Part shown: positions 48,674 through 59,600 of the stretch, in pieces | Layout of the letters: every line of letters starts with the position of its first letter | Numbering within the stretch: position 1 is the stretch's first letter | NCBI GenBank assembly: GCA_973895155.1 | Contig: OZ316892.1 | Coordinates: forward strand, 12,092,238 to 12,156,237 | Direction of reading: 5' to 3' | From: Marsupella aquatica | Taxonomy: Eukaryota > Plantae > Marchantiophyta | Length of the DNA: 64,000 bases | Program-made: the position numbers and the translations under genes | The notes under the pieces: generated by a model | What the model was told of the DNA's origin: nothing | Databases searched by the model: none | Seen by the model: the letters and a program-made list of their open reading frames with translations, nothing else

Positions 48674-51600
48674 CTATTGCAAATCATCAACCTCATCATA
48701 TTCCATTTGCCCAGGTTCATCATATGTCTCTCTCAATGTTAAGGGGATGTAGTCAGTCCCTGCCCGAGTTGGAAGTACAGTCTCATGACTAGGATGCTCG
48801 AATGCAGCATGGTCATCCAAACTGAACTCTACTTTACTTCCATCCATCCGCCTGTTCCGTGCTTGGCTATGGCATACCACCCTCCAGCCATGTGACTCCT
48901 CCACATCTGCAAAGAAAGCCTGTTCAACTTGGCTAGGGAAAACAAAAGGCTCAGACCATTCTGGTACTCTGGACCTAAAATTGGCCAACAAGAACCCATC
49001 ATGATCACGCTTCATGGTGGCCCTTGGTCTCTGCCACTCTAATTTCACCCATGATCCCTTCATCAATATCACTGGGACACTTGTGTTACCATAATTCAAC
49101 ACCCAAATGTCGGTCAACTCCCCCACGTAACCCATCTTCATCCACCCCCTCTGTTCTTCAGAGGTTCTCTGCTCAAACACAGAAATCAAACCACAATCAT
49201 ATGATACACAATGGTCACCCTGCTCATCCCTCACTCGATAATGATTTCCATAAGCTCTCATCCGTTTGTAGGTCAGAATAGACAATCGTGGTGGCACAGA
49301 TAGAAGATACAAATCCTTCTCCATATCTGGGTGATGTCTACTATGCTCTCGAATTGTCACCCGAATCCACTGCTCGAACTGTGGGAAGGGATCCTGCTGC
49401 CTAGAGTGTGCAGCTTTTTGCATATCATATTCCTTGCAATATGAGGTACAGGCATAGTTAGGTCTAAACAACACATGACAACCTAAGATCACCCTTGGAA
49501 CAGACAAGAAGCATCACAACAAAGGCAAGTCAATTCAATCACTCACCTCCACCATGGTTGCATAGGCTCTGTGTTTGCCAGCACATATGAATGAGCCTTG
49601 TCTCGAATCGCAACAGGCAGCTGAACAGCACGTCCCACACCTTCAACAACCTCGCCACTCACTCCATCATCTTCACCAGATTTCCAAACTCTTGTCATAG
49701 CTTCACCAGACCCAGCCATGTACTCTGTTAGGAATCCCAACGTCTCATCCTTAATGTACCCCAATGCCATGGAAGCCTCTGGCCTGTAGTATGTTCTCAC
49801 ATGACCTTTCAACAACTTCATGTATCGCTCCATAGGGTACATCCATCTGGTACTGACTGGCCCATACTGCCCTAGCTCTTCTACCACATGGATTAGGAGA
49901 TGAGTCATAACATCAAAGAAAGCAGGGGGGAAGTATATCTCCAAGTCACAGAGGACATAAGCAGCATCCTGCTTCAACTGCTCCAATCCTTGGGGATCCC
50001 ACACTTTCACACATATACGGCGAAATACATTGCACAGTCGAAGAATGACATTACGGACTGGTTTCTGCATGAGACCTCTGAGGCATAGGGGCAGAATGTG
50101 CTGCATCAACACATGGTAGTCATGTGTTTTCATACTGCCAAGTTTATTCTTTGTAATATGCTTCTTGAAGGCACCAGCATAGCCAGAGGGCACTTTCAGA
50201 CAGCTCAATCTATACAAGAATGTCTTCCATTCATCCTGTGTGCACACATAGGGAGCTTGGAACTTGAGAAGTACATTGGGATTGCTTGCATGGGGCTTCA
50301 ACCAAAGGTGAGGGCGAATCCCCTTCTGTTGCATATCAGCTCGAACTGCTCCTGTATCTTTCTCACCCGACAAGAACTTCAGCAAGCTCTCACAAATATT
50401 TTTCTCAATGTGCATGACGTCCACATTGTGTTTGCTGGGCTCGAATTCCTGCACTCCACAAAGCAAAGAATTCAACAACAGAAACACTAATTAACCACAT
50501 AGGAGGATTGTAACCAACATCAATCCACCATTGCTCCAATCTAAAATTGCAATCATACAAGGGCTGGAGGCTAAGTACATTACCCTCCAGTACTCCAACT
50601 CCAAGTCCATCAAGGTCTGTCTTTTCACACCGTGTTTCACCACTGGATCCTCAGGTTCTCGATCAGTGGCACTTCTCTTGTCCCAATCAGCCTTCCTGGC
50701 TGCCCACCTCAGGACTTGCTCTCTGGTGACCCTCTGTGGTGGGCCACGAAGCTCTGTTTTGTTGTTGAAGTGTGCAATTTGAGACCGTGTGTGCCTGTAA
50801 GGATGATCAACAGGCAGATACCTTCTATGCCCCTGAAATTTCATACTGTGCAGGGCATGCGACCACTCACTTGTCACATTTTTCCCACATGGTGTGCACC
50901 CCACATAGCCCTTTGTCACTCGTCCAGATATGATGCCATGGCCTGGGTAATCTGCTATATCCAGCAAACAAATTGCATGCAGTCTAAAGGGGCTGGGTCA
51001 AAGAAGCCCCTTCAGAACATCATGGGTTAACACCCCTTCTATCCACAAAGTCTTCCACTCTTCCACTGCTGGAGCCAACATGATATCTATGAATTGCTCG
51101 GTCACAGAAGCTGGTCCAGGGATTAACAGCACCATCATGACAAAAAACCTCTTTGTAGTCATCCATGGGGGAAGGTTGTAATTTAGCAGCGTAACCGGCC
51201 AACATGAATAACGGTTGTTTTTGTCTCCAAATGGGTTTACTCCATCCAGTGATAGACCAAATCGAAAGTTCCGCTTCTCTGCAGCAAACTGTGGCCACCT
51301 CTCATCAACAAATTTCCAATGGTTGGAATCTCCAATGTGACGCTGCAGGCCATCACTGCTCTTGTTATCAGGAGTCCATGTCATCAGCTTGGAAATGGCA
51401 GGGCATCTAAACAGACGTTGTAGTCTAGGAATGAGAGGAAAATGACGAAGAACCTTGGCAGGGTGTGTACATTTCCCTACATTCTTGTACCTGTGCTTAC
51501 CACAATGAGGGCATGTCAATTTATCTGCATGCTCTTTGCGAAAGAGAACACACCCATCAGGGCATGCGTCAATAGACACATAGTTCAGCCCAAGGTTAGA

Positions 51601-52374
51601 CATCAATTTCCTAGCCTCGTACATATTTTTTGGAATTGAATTACCATCTGGTAACATATTTCGGCGCAGGAAGGTCAACAACTCTGTCACAAATATATTG
51701 GGAACATTGTGATTGCCACAGATGTTCAACAACAACATGACAAAACCCAGCTTGGAGCAGTTCGACCCCTCGTAGATAGGAATGCAAGCTTCTTTGATGT
51801 GTTTTGGGCCCCCAAACACCCACTCCCTCTCTGCTGCACCTTCCCCAATGTCAAAGTCAGGTTCAGCTTGGCCGTCGCCAATGTGTGGCTGCGGTTCATT
51901 GTCCTCTTCTGATTCCACTGTGTCGTAAAAAGCATCAAGGTCTTCAAAAATCTCTTGAACCATTCTTGGGACATCCATCCCACCGTCCTCAGTGACTGCC
52001 TCTACATCTCCATCTTGGTCATCCACGTTCTCATGTTGGACCCCAGGACCATCCTCTGCACAGTCTATGTCCTGCTCTACGTAGTCTCTACGCCTAGCTG
52101 TATTAGAATCCACAAAGTCAGCTCTCCACTCTTCATCAGAGGAGTCTTCTTCTGCTGGTACATTCCAAACCCTCCACCGAGGGTGCCTTTCATGCCGCAG
52201 CAGGTGAAGGTGCACAGTGTTCAAACTCAACGACTTGAATCCTTGGCACTGTGTGCATGGGCATCTCATCCTCCTACTCCTACCTTGGGCGGCCCGGGCT
52301 TGTTCACGCATCCACAATTTAGAATCATGATGCCTAATCCTAAATGGGTTGTGAAGAGGCAACCTTGGAGCCAT
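48674..52374 (-). pseudogene. CACTA Tnp2/TnpD transposase (Transposase_21, DUF4218, DUF4216) with two introns and one in-frame TGA at 50998-51000
   Basis: CPCTQC, IDACPDGCVLF, LSLDGVNPF, NLPPW, DYPG, DVMHIEKN, KTHDYH, FPPAFFDVMTHL and RWMYPMERYM. GT-AG introns at ~50584-50450 and ~49546-49434. Confidence 0.93.
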
Positions 52375-52700
52375 CACTATACACACGCACTCAGCACCCT
52401 GTCATTTTATTATGCAAGTGAAAAATACACTTCCTGTTAAGGATTTCACCCCCGACTGTACTTGCCAAAATACGTAACGTTCCAAAAAAACAAAAAAACA
52501 AAAAATATAGGTGCCTGAGTCATGTACCTATTCTCAAGTGAATGAGACAAAATTCCTAAATGTTTGAGGGTGTCAACTCCTCCGCTGTCCTCACATGTAC
52601 TGCCTCTGCACGTACATCCATGACCATATCAGAGTCCAATCATGTATAGTCATAGACACAGGTGCCAGGTGCGAGACCGGTGTGAGATGTCCTCATCTTA

Positions 52701-53234
52701 CTACCACATCAAATACGGATACCAATCCTGTTGTCGATGCCACTCAGCCCTGAGGTACTCAGGCATGTACATTAAGTCATCAAGGTCTAAACCTTGCTCA
52801 TGCCATGGTGGTCTTCGATCCGTGCCTACAAGCAGTGGCAGCAGTGCCCTCCATGGTGCACATGTTGCTACCAAGTCCCTCCACTGGGTACTAATTAGTC
52901 TATATTTGCAGATATCTTGTGCGCCAGACACCACAAGAACCCTCGGCCAGACATGTGTAAGAACTATATCATCTGCCAAATCAGGCAACAAGGAACCACC
53001 TACAGCATCATGCTTGTCTAACTCATCTGCTGAAAAGTAAATGTCCTCTTCCGACTGTGCATCCTCATTCACCACAGCATTCACAACACATCCAAGGTCT
53101 GCAGGCATTATCTCGGATGGAGCTACACTCTGTCTGGTTACCAATCCACACAAGTAAGCCCAAGCAGTAGCCATGCACGATGCAACCCGTAGGAGGACCC
53201 TACATAGGGCCTGACGGTCTGGAAGAGGCAGCAT
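52701..53234 (-). CDS. Short F-box protein with no recognisable substrate-binding domain (CACTA cargo)
   Basis: SLLPDLADDIVLTHVWPRV...ICKYRLISTQWRDLV fits the F-box consensus LPxLPDD....I..R......R.V.+.W..L. Confidence 0.65.
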   Translation of the reverse strand: MLPLPDRQALCRVLLRVASCMATAWAYLCGLVTRQSVAPSEIMPADLGCVVNAVVNEDAQSEEDIYFSADELDKHDAVGGSLLPDLADDIVLTHVWPRVLVVSGAQDICKYRLISTQWRDLVATCAPWRALLPLLVGTDRRPPWHEQGLDLDDLMYMPEYLRAEWHRQQDWYPYLMW

Positions 53235-53410
53235 ACCCACCAAAGTCTTCAGCCAAATAGAGCCCAGCAAGTAGATTCACAGTCACACCCCACGCAGCAG
53301 GAAACAACAATCACTTCAATTGCGACCAACCATGACAAGATGAGTTAGTTCAAGGATCACATTTATTACAAAATTGTGATTTATACAAAAATATGAGGGA
53401 CTCCTACTCC

Positions 53411-54259
53411 TCACTCTCTCCCACCTTTGCTAAGCATACATCTCCGCTGAATCTTGGAGGGCCAGGCCTCAAAAATATCAAAGTCCCAAGCATTCTGTCG
53501 CTTCCCTCTAGCTGCTGATTCCAGAAGCCAATCAGGGGAAAGCACCCAAAGATTGTTGTTCATGACAAAATCACGCACTGTTGTCTTAAAGAATTTTCTG
53601 CATATTTTCATGTATGACAGACCTACAACATGAGTGGAGGTTTCTGTTAGACTCTCCTCCACTGTCCCACCTAGCTCAACAACTATAGACTTGTACAATC
53701 TGCACTTAGTCTCCCCAATTCCTTCTTCTGCAAATACCACACTGAACCCCTTCATAATGGTATTTCTCTCCTTGCCATGCTCATTCAATATAGCATCTGC
53801 ACGCATAGGATGGTGTCCTATGTTGACAACAGGTCCATATTGGACAGAAGCAAAGTTGGGTTTCTCTGCCGCTGCTTCATAGGCTTCCTTTTCAGCCAAA
53901 GCCTCTGTAGTGGCCTCCTCACTCTCCCACAACTCATATTGCTCAGTACTCTATACACACCTATGTTTAACAGAATCGGTCAGCCAAGAGACTTCAACTA
54001 CTTTTAGACCTTGGTTGGTAATGGCAGAATCAATGAAGGACCATGACCACTTGTTCATCACATCCAGCCATGTCCCCGCAACAACATGTGTAGTCTGTGG
54101 AGTGATGTCCTTGACTTCAGTCCCATGGAACTCTGAGAATCGTTTTTGTACGATTGGCCAACTCACTTGGGTGAACCCATAGTGGCCAGGAATCAAAATG
54201 GCTTTGATTCCAGCCAACAGAGGCGGGTGGTCAACCTTTGTACGTTTCCTAGAGGCCAT
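53411..54259 (-). pseudogene. Tandem BRCT-domain protein with one in-frame TAG at 53951-53953 (CACTA cargo)
   Basis: BRCT1 reads LLAGIKAIL...HG....TTHVVA...VVEVSWLTDS. BRCT2 reads MKGFSVVF...IVVELGG...STHVVG...VLSPDWLLES. Both ORFs are in the same frame. Confidence 0.8.
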
Positions 54260-54857
54260 GTACACACGGGCCACCTAATCACTGCAGACCGGAAGATAAT
54301 GCGTTCACCTGATAATCGAAGGGCCCTTAAAATGCTGCGTTTATAACTTGGTCCAGTCCAGTCGTCTGGTGAGTCTCTGCTCCGATTCCAAATGGGAGAA
54401 ATATTGGGACAAACGTACTAGACACCTGCAAGCATGCACCTCATAGTTTGAATATGTGCCTTCACAATATTGAAGGTGACAAGTGCAATTGTTTTGTGAT
54501 GCCACATACAGATGTTGTAAATGGGCAGACATTCAATGACAATACAAAATGTTGGTACACTTTAAGGGAATTCTCGCAAATTAAATAGCCTTGTAACTTA
54601 TATGCTCATAATGAGAAGTCCTGATTTAATTTAAGCAGTGTCATGTAAGTCGTGATCAAAATGATTGCAGAGTAAAAAAGGTTCCTAGAAGGCTTAAGGG
54701 GAGTTTTTGAAGGCATGTACCCAGGAACAAGTAATGAACTTAGGGTACTTGTTGCCTAAGCATCCTCTCCTACAGAGGTCCTTCTTCTCAAAATTGGAAT
54801 GTCTGCAATCTCCAAGGTATCCACATCAGGTGCACTATGCATGTACATTATTCAGGT

Positions 54858-55538
54858 TCAAAGCCAAGAAATGTGATCTCTCATGGGAGTGTGCAAAGTA
54901 GGATCTATGGCATGGCGATGACAATAGAAGATCCATCGATCAACACCATGTGCAGAGTGATCATAGATGTGTCTGTCACAAGCATAGCCTTCTGCTTGAT
55001 GCTCCTTCAAACAATGAAAGTGCCACATGGTGGGACACCTAACACAGTGGACTATGTCCACCCAGAAATCTTCATCGTGCTGACCACATGCCTTGCACTT
55101 ATGAAGTGGGCAAGCTGTGGCAAGATCGGGCAAACATGAAAAACAAAAGAACCTCACACAATATCTGTCAGGGCATTTCCTAACAAGTGGTGGAGCATCA
55201 ACAGAGCCCTCATAAGACCCCAACTTCCCACACTGTGCACACTTAGCCTGCTTCTCCAAACAATCAGTGCACATCCAGCCTCCCTGGTGTGCTGACGGGA
55301 GGCCCACCCCTGGACAGTTGTTTTCTGCAGCAAGGTCAGACTCCGGGTTGAGGTGGAAATGCCTCATGCAAGGGCCCTCACATATGGCTAAGCCACCACC
55401 ATCGTCACAAATGGCACAACAATGAGCTGCCTTCTGGAAAATCTGACTTGCGGAGAAGTTACTACCATCTGGCCCAACTACACCTGTGTTGCTCACCTCT
55501 ATCCCCCGCTTCTTGGCTCGGATTTTAGGGCGTGCCAT
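54858..55538 (-). CDS. 226-aa stand-alone EDM2-type (NSD-like) PHD-finger cluster with a basic N-terminal NLS (CACTA cargo)
   Basis: CAICDDGGGLAICEGPCMRHFH...C..C......C..CGKLGS...CPLHKCKAC...CVRCP..WH..CL...IFYCHRHAIDPTLHTPMRDHI parallels the recalled EDM2 PHD region (CAICDNGG..CCEG.C.RSFH ... CPLHKC ... CRRCP.SYH..CL ... IYC..H.ID..L.TP.RDH). The ORF is intact and intronless. Confidence 0.85.
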   Translation of the reverse strand: MARPKIRAKKRGIEVSNTGVVGPDGSNFSASQIFQKAAHCCAICDDGGGLAICEGPCMRHFHLNPESDLAAENNCPGVGLPSAHQGGWMCTDCLEKQAKCAQCGKLGSYEGSVDAPPLVRKCPDRYCVRFFCFSCLPDLATACPLHKCKACGQHDEDFWVDIVHCVRCPTMWHFHCLKEHQAEGYACDRHIYDHSAHGVDRWIFYCHRHAIDPTLHTPMRDHISWL

Positions 55539-56207
55539 GCCTACGCATGAGACAGATAGTACAATTTAGCAGAGTGCACAGACAATACAATTTAGTGTAG
55601 TGTACAAAAAGTACAGTGTAGCATATAGACTAGAGTGGCAATTGCTACTGCAATGAAATGTTCACACACATGTGCAGAGTAGACATACTTTTTGGTTTGT
55701 TGAGCCCACACTAAAAACTGATCCCCTCGTACAATAGCTCCACCTACACCTCAATTTTGTGGCTATGATTCACCAAAGGAGATCTGCAACAAGATTTAAT
55801 GCATTTGAATCACATATAACAGTCGTGACATGTAAAACAGGCATTTTTTGAACAGGATTGGTATCAAGCAGTGTGATTAGGGTTGTAATTTATACATCCT
55901 AAATAGGCTATGATAGTGAATGAGACAAATAAGTTAGGCATAAATCACTTTTTCCAGGTTATCACATGGCCCATTAATTCCAGTCTTTGAAAGGAGACTT
56001 TTAAGTGAGCTTGCTAGCCTCTTAAATTAGGATATTGTACTTAGTGCAGCCATAATAGGATAAGTTATGTACTGTTGACCGTAAACCCTGGACCCAAAAT
56101 TGCTCATAATTCAAAATCTTAAGTAAATATCCTCTCTGTTCAAGTCAAAGTGTTAAGTTATAGGTCAATGGTCTCTGGTCTGTGCATGCGGTGTGACAAG
56201 TGGTCTT

Positions 56208-56657
56208 CTATAGCGTGTGATCCAAACATGTGTAGACACCAAAGTGACCGGTGGTGGGGTCTGGGAGGGCAGGACAAGTGACATCGCCAGGCACACTGCA
56301 GGATGGCGAGTGGTTCCAGATGATACATTGTGCTCTGTGAAAAAACCGACATCCAAGAGAATGGTCATCCAACTCTAGGCCAGAAGCCCTACAGGCAGGA
56401 CAGTCATACTGGCAACTGTGCACACACCCTTGGGCCCTAATTTGTGGCGGGTCATGTACGAGAGACAAAAATACCAAGGATGTTGGGAAGGGTGGAGAAG
56501 CAGGTACAGGGCGGCTGTAGTTATTCCTGGCAACAATTGGGTACTCAAAGTACCATGCAGACTGGGCTGGAAGGATCCCAAGTCTGACATACTCAAGGCG
56601 CAACATCTCTGCCTTGCGTGCAAGCCGCACATGTTCAGCATTGCGGGTCCTCACCAT
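56208..56657 (-). CDS. 149-aa Cys/His-rich protein of unknown family (CACTA cargo, copy 1)
   Basis: Paralog of 42504-42953 with conserved start, stop and length. Confidence 0.65.
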   Translation of the reverse strand: MVRTRNAEHVRLARKAEMLRLEYVRLGILPAQSAWYFEYPIVARNNYSRPVPASPPFPTSLVFLSLVHDPPQIRAQGCVHSCQYDCPACRASGLELDDHSLGCRFFHRAQCIIWNHSPSCSVPGDVTCPALPDPTTGHFGVYTCLDHTL

Positions 56658-59600
56658 AAGTGTTGCTTTTGTGGAGTGTCGTGTGTTCACGTCCTCTGAT
56701 AAGCACCTTCGATCAGCAAGGTGAGCAGGAGCTGTACTTGCCTCACCAACAGCAACCAACCTTAAATTATCAGTTCCCACTCACTGTGTCATTCCATTGG
56801 TTCCAGCTAGGGGTCACAATGTAAACATAGCATGAAACACTCTTAATCAACTTGCTTACAAACTACAATATCCAGAAAGAGTGAAAGTCTCACCCTCCAG
56901 TGAGCAGCAGAGAGGTAGTTCACTGGATGTGTTGATGTGCAGTTAAACCTCCACTATTGCTTACTTCTGGTGTATGCTGCTCAGTCGGAGACATATTAGT
57001 AGCAGCAAATTGCAAATAATGGCCATAAGCAAACCGTGAGAGTTTGCAGAATGCTACGACAACTATTCATCCATCACAACAGTGCTCCACAGGAATGAAA
57101 CCAAGCAAAATTTGGTGACCTCGGCCAATGACAAGGCCAATGTAGTTCACAATCCTTGACCGATCAGGATATGGATTGGAATTACAATTAGTCAGCTCTT
57201 CTTCTTTGTTTCCTAACTCTGGGGGAAATGAGCATGACAAGGGAATTCTCTGAGAAATAGAAGTGCACAGGGAAAATGAAATTGACTCATTGAGCTGCGC
57301 AAGATGACCACTACAGCATACTTGGACAGTAGGTTCCGCAATCCATAAAATCCCCGTCTGACGTATTTAAGCAGTGCAATTTAAGCAGTCAGATGCTACA
57401 TAGCAATTAAGCACAAAGGCTACTTCATGTCTGTTTACATAGAATTTTGGATTGAAGTAATGAGAACTATACATTTAAACTTACGGTGCCAACTCCGTCA
57501 GTAGTTGCTAAAAATGGCATGGGAAACACTGGTATGACAGGAACTCAAGGAAACATTTGCGGCAATGTCTTCACAGGAAAAGAAGAATTGCTAAGTACAG
57601 TATTCTTAATAGTAGTTTCGTTCTAATTCTGAAATCTACACATAGGACGGAAACCCAGGACATTTCTCATGAAAATTGAAGATCCATTCGACAACTCCAT
57701 GACAGCCTATTCCGCATTGTGTCCGTCCCATGCAAGCAAGGGGTGTTCAGCCGAGCTTAGTCTAACCACGAATGATTGTTCTGGAAGCAGTTGCGATAAT
57801 GTTTTGGTAATTTTCTCCTATATCCAACTCAGTAGCTCACAAACATGGCATTGGACCCATTAAAAAATTATACTTGCCATCATTCTCAACTGTATTACAT
57901 GGCCCACACTGCTGATGTCCCTGACTCTTAAGGGAAACTCATCTCCTGGGCCAGCAACATCTCAGATTCTACAAAAATGAGAAACTGTGAAGACTTATTG
58001 AAGTCATATCCTGTGATTGTAGCATGTATGATTTGCTGGGACTACAAGCAGTTCTAGATCCTGCTGCACTTTATATACAACAGCAACCTGAGCTACATGA
58101 ACTTGTTTTTAATAGACGTGCGTTTGACCACGGCTACAACTCCAAAACAATCAGTCACCCAATCAAATCATAACAAACCCACCCGCAAGCTGAATGTAGA
58201 GGATAGAGATAGAGAAAATCACCGGGGCAATGAAGTTGGATCACAGGGTGCAAAACTAGTACTCAACAGGGTAAGACCGATCACAGCAAACAAAGCACAG
58301 AGCTAGACCAACAAAACTCCAGCAAAGATAGTGTCATGTCCATTTATTTGTAGGGAATGAAGTCGGATCGCAGAGTGTAAAACCAGTAGGGTAAGACAGA
58401 TCACAACAAACAAAGCTAACACAACAAGCACATAGAGGAACAAAACTCCAGCAAGACATAAATTAGACCTCGCAGCTTTTTGACTAGCAAAGGGAGATAG
58501 TCTACGCTTTCCATTGCTGGTCACAGCGCGACGGGCAATCAGGATGATGCCATGCCGAGTAGAAGAACAACAAAGCATTCTATAAAAAGCATTGAGGTTG
58601 GCGTTATAGTAAAAGTGGTAGTACTTCCAGTAGCGTGACCAACTCGCTAAGTGACAGTCCGAAGTAGCTTACCTCCGAGAAGAAAGCCAGAGCAGTTTAG
58701 CAGAAATCCCCAAGAAAATCCCCACTCTAAAGATGGTAAGCTTGCAGTTGCTCCCCCGGGTGCTCCCCTCAACCTCGCCACTTCTATTCTGAGCAGCGCA
58801 GGTCTTCTCCACCCTCTCACCTTGCACCTACTGAACAAGTGACCAGCACTATCCACTCCCACCGCAACTGTGGACGGTCCCTAAAAAAATGTAGATGACA
58901 ACGACCAATAGACAAAGGATTACAGGCGTAGACCTGGCAAAAATCTTCTTCCGAAAAGCTTTCCTCAGCCCGATTCTTGTGCACATCAGAAAAAACTCAA
59001 ACCATTTAGAAATGAGATCACAGATTACTCTTGACAATCTAAAAAATGCCACAACCTAAGCACTCATAGCTTCGTCCCCCCATTCTAATTTCTCTGACGA
59101 GTTTGCCTTAAAGCACATCCACTTGCGGTTCAAGCAGATTCAGAATCATCATAGACAATAGAGTGTTCCACCATAGCCCACGGTAGGTCCACGACCATCA
59201 TAACCAACCCTCACACCCAGCTCCCTCAATACCCACAGCTCCGCCCAGCTCCGTGCCTATCGGGGTTTATTAGTATTGCTCACTTTTAAGAAAGGCAGTT
59301 TTCTCAAAAGCAGTCTAATTGCCTAGATGGCACTAGAAAAGTTGGAGGCAATATCACAGCGGAGCATTTTGCGTCTAAGGGCCAGCGACGAGTTGCAAAG
59401 GTGGTTTAACCTCGTTCTGAGTCAAGACTAAAAGCTTTAGATCCAGCCATTCCGCGATTCCTTAAAGAAAACCCGTGATGGACATGCAATGTTGTGCTAC
59501 TGCAATGAACAGAGTAAGGCAATGCAGTGGTCATCGTAGCTATGAAGAAGAAATGGTAGTGGAAAGTCTAGCTCAAACAATGGAGTGTATGAATCAGCGC

